DNA of 64,000 nucleotides from a virus (Duplodnaviria; Caudoviricetes): IMG/VR virus record IMGVR_UViG_3300025270_000010, positions 1,666 to 65,665 of that record; one strand, 5' to 3'. Shown piece by piece: positions 62,963 to 64,000 of this stretch (position 1 is its first letter; each line of letters starts with the position of its first letter). The notes under the pieces were generated by a model. It saw only the letters and a program-made list of their open reading frames with translations, ran no database searches and was not told where the DNA came from. The position numbers and the translations under genes were made by a program.

Positions 62963-63445
62963 TTACCCCCACATCGACTTGAGGGCCTTGTCGATCCGAA
63001 CCTTGCGGACCTTCCCGTCAGGGTCCACCAGTGACGCGCTCTCCCACCCTTGGTGGTCGTGGGTGTCTACAACGTGTATACGGTTGGCCTTGCGGCCCCG
63101 CTTCTTCGGTTCAATACAGTATAGCACCCCCAGCTCCGTGATCGCGTAGCGGGGGTAGTCCGGCAGGATCTTGGCTCCCTCATCCTGTAACACCTGTTCA
63201 CGAGTCAGGGTGGGGGGTGCGGGTTTGTTGATACTGTCGTGGACGAACCAAAATGATTGACCATCTTTATCCACAACCTTTGTTCGCACCGCGCCCCCAT
63301 ACCACTGAGGTGTCAGGACGCGGTCTGTTTTCAGGTTCATCACAAGGTTCGTGACGGGGTAATACGCGTAGTGCGTAGTGCGGGGGATTAGCTTGAAGCC
63401 TTCTGGTATTTGCATATCGGGAATGAAAAGTTTTTCTGTAACCAT
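62963..63445 (-). CDS. tandem NUMOD4-like DNA-binding protein without nuclease domain
   Basis: Two repeats (FKLIPRTTHY..., KILPDYPRYAITELG...LVDPDGK); no HNH motif. Confidence 0.55.
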   Translation of the reverse strand: MVTEKLFIPDMQIPEGFKLIPRTTHYAYYPVTNLVMNLKTDRVLTPQWYGGAVRTKVVDKDGQSFWFVHDSINKPAPPTLTREQVLQDEGAKILPDYPRYAITELGVLYCIEPKKRGRKANRIHVVDTHDHQGWESASLVDPDGKVRKVRIDKALKSMWG

Positions 63446-63497
63446 ATACTATATATTAATTAATTTAAAGTATACTCTCTCAAGAAAACTTTCCAAG

Positions 63498-63824
63498 TCA
63501 GATTTGCAAATTCCCGCTTTTTTCGGAATTTTGTTTCTTCGCCGCCTCCCGCTCGGCCTTGAGTTCGCGGTATCGTTTGGCACGCTCCGCTAAAAGCCGT
63601 TTCTTGTGTTTGCGATAATAGGCGCGGTTGTAGTCCAGCCGCCTGTGAATTTTCTCTGGGTCGGTGGCCTCGTCGATCTGGCGCTTCCTGTTGATGCGGT
63701 CCTTGTTGTTTTTGTAGTATTCACGCTGGTAGGCGCACCGCGCTTCCCTGTTTCGTTCGTAGTAGGATTCGTTAGCCATACACCCCATTAAAGCAGCTAC
63801 ACCATATTTGTCAAATTTTTTCAC
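63498..63824 (-). CDS. basic helical hypothetical protein
   Basis: YQREYYKNNKDRI and YNRAYYRKHKKRL motifs. Confidence 0.6.
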   Translation of the reverse strand: MKKFDKYGVAALMGCMANESYYERNREARCAYQREYYKNNKDRINRKRQIDEATDPEKIHRRLDYNRAYYRKHKKRLLAERAKRYRELKAEREAAKKQNSEKSGNLQI

Positions 63825-64000
63825 ACACAGAGATATATATGAAGGGGGGCGGCGGCGAAAAACTGGCCACGGGGGGGTGGCGTCCTTCGGGAATCTTGAC
63901 TATCCTGCTGCACTTACCATGGTTCCGGCTCCGTGGCTCCGGCCTCCCGATGCACGGTGCAGGCCACCGGATTCGGCGGGGCAGGCTGGCTTTGGCAGGC

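Noticed and set aside
63840-64000. GC-rich palindromic stretch at the right edge as genome terminus or packaging site
   Set aside because: No matching repeat at the left edge of the window and the flanking sequence is unavailable; cannot be supported

Overview
The window is most of the genome of a dsDNA tailed phage, probably podovirus-like: there are portal, capsid, scaffold, TerL and tail proteins, but no tape-measure or sheath gene was recognised. Layout: (1) 1-12.25 kb, + strand, early/host-takeover region. Small genes sit behind repeated sigma70-type promoters that mostly give leaderless mRNAs. It includes an AAA+ / DUF3150-like / HExxH-vWA trio, a protein with an RNA-polymerase alpha-CTD-like domain, and an SF2 helicase. 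(2) 12.25-33.1 kb, - strand: TerL, four likely internal virion proteins and a 5052-aa polyvalent protein. (3) 33.1-40.9 kb, + strand, replication: putative TerS, RuvC-like resolvase, PD-(D/E)XK exonuclease, SSB, family A DNA polymerase, primase-helicase. (4) 40.9-62.3 kb, - strand: lysis, tail and head genes. (5) A small divergent membrane peptide/lipoprotein unit and NUMOD4-like genes at the right end. Best candidate for a new system: the giant protein is cut into modules by seven SGI(T/Q) linkers that are conserved in protein but use different codons. These linkers bracket two zincin-like regions, a HipA/PI3K-like kinase, a glycosylase-like region and two paralogous ADP-ribosyltransferases, which suggests an injected, proteolytically processed effector polyprotein. 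Other highlights are the leaderless promoter-cassette array, an alpha-CTD mimic lacking the DNA-binding residues, and a tandem structured motif in the capsid-gene leader. All family assignments come from motif recognition by eye; no database search was run.
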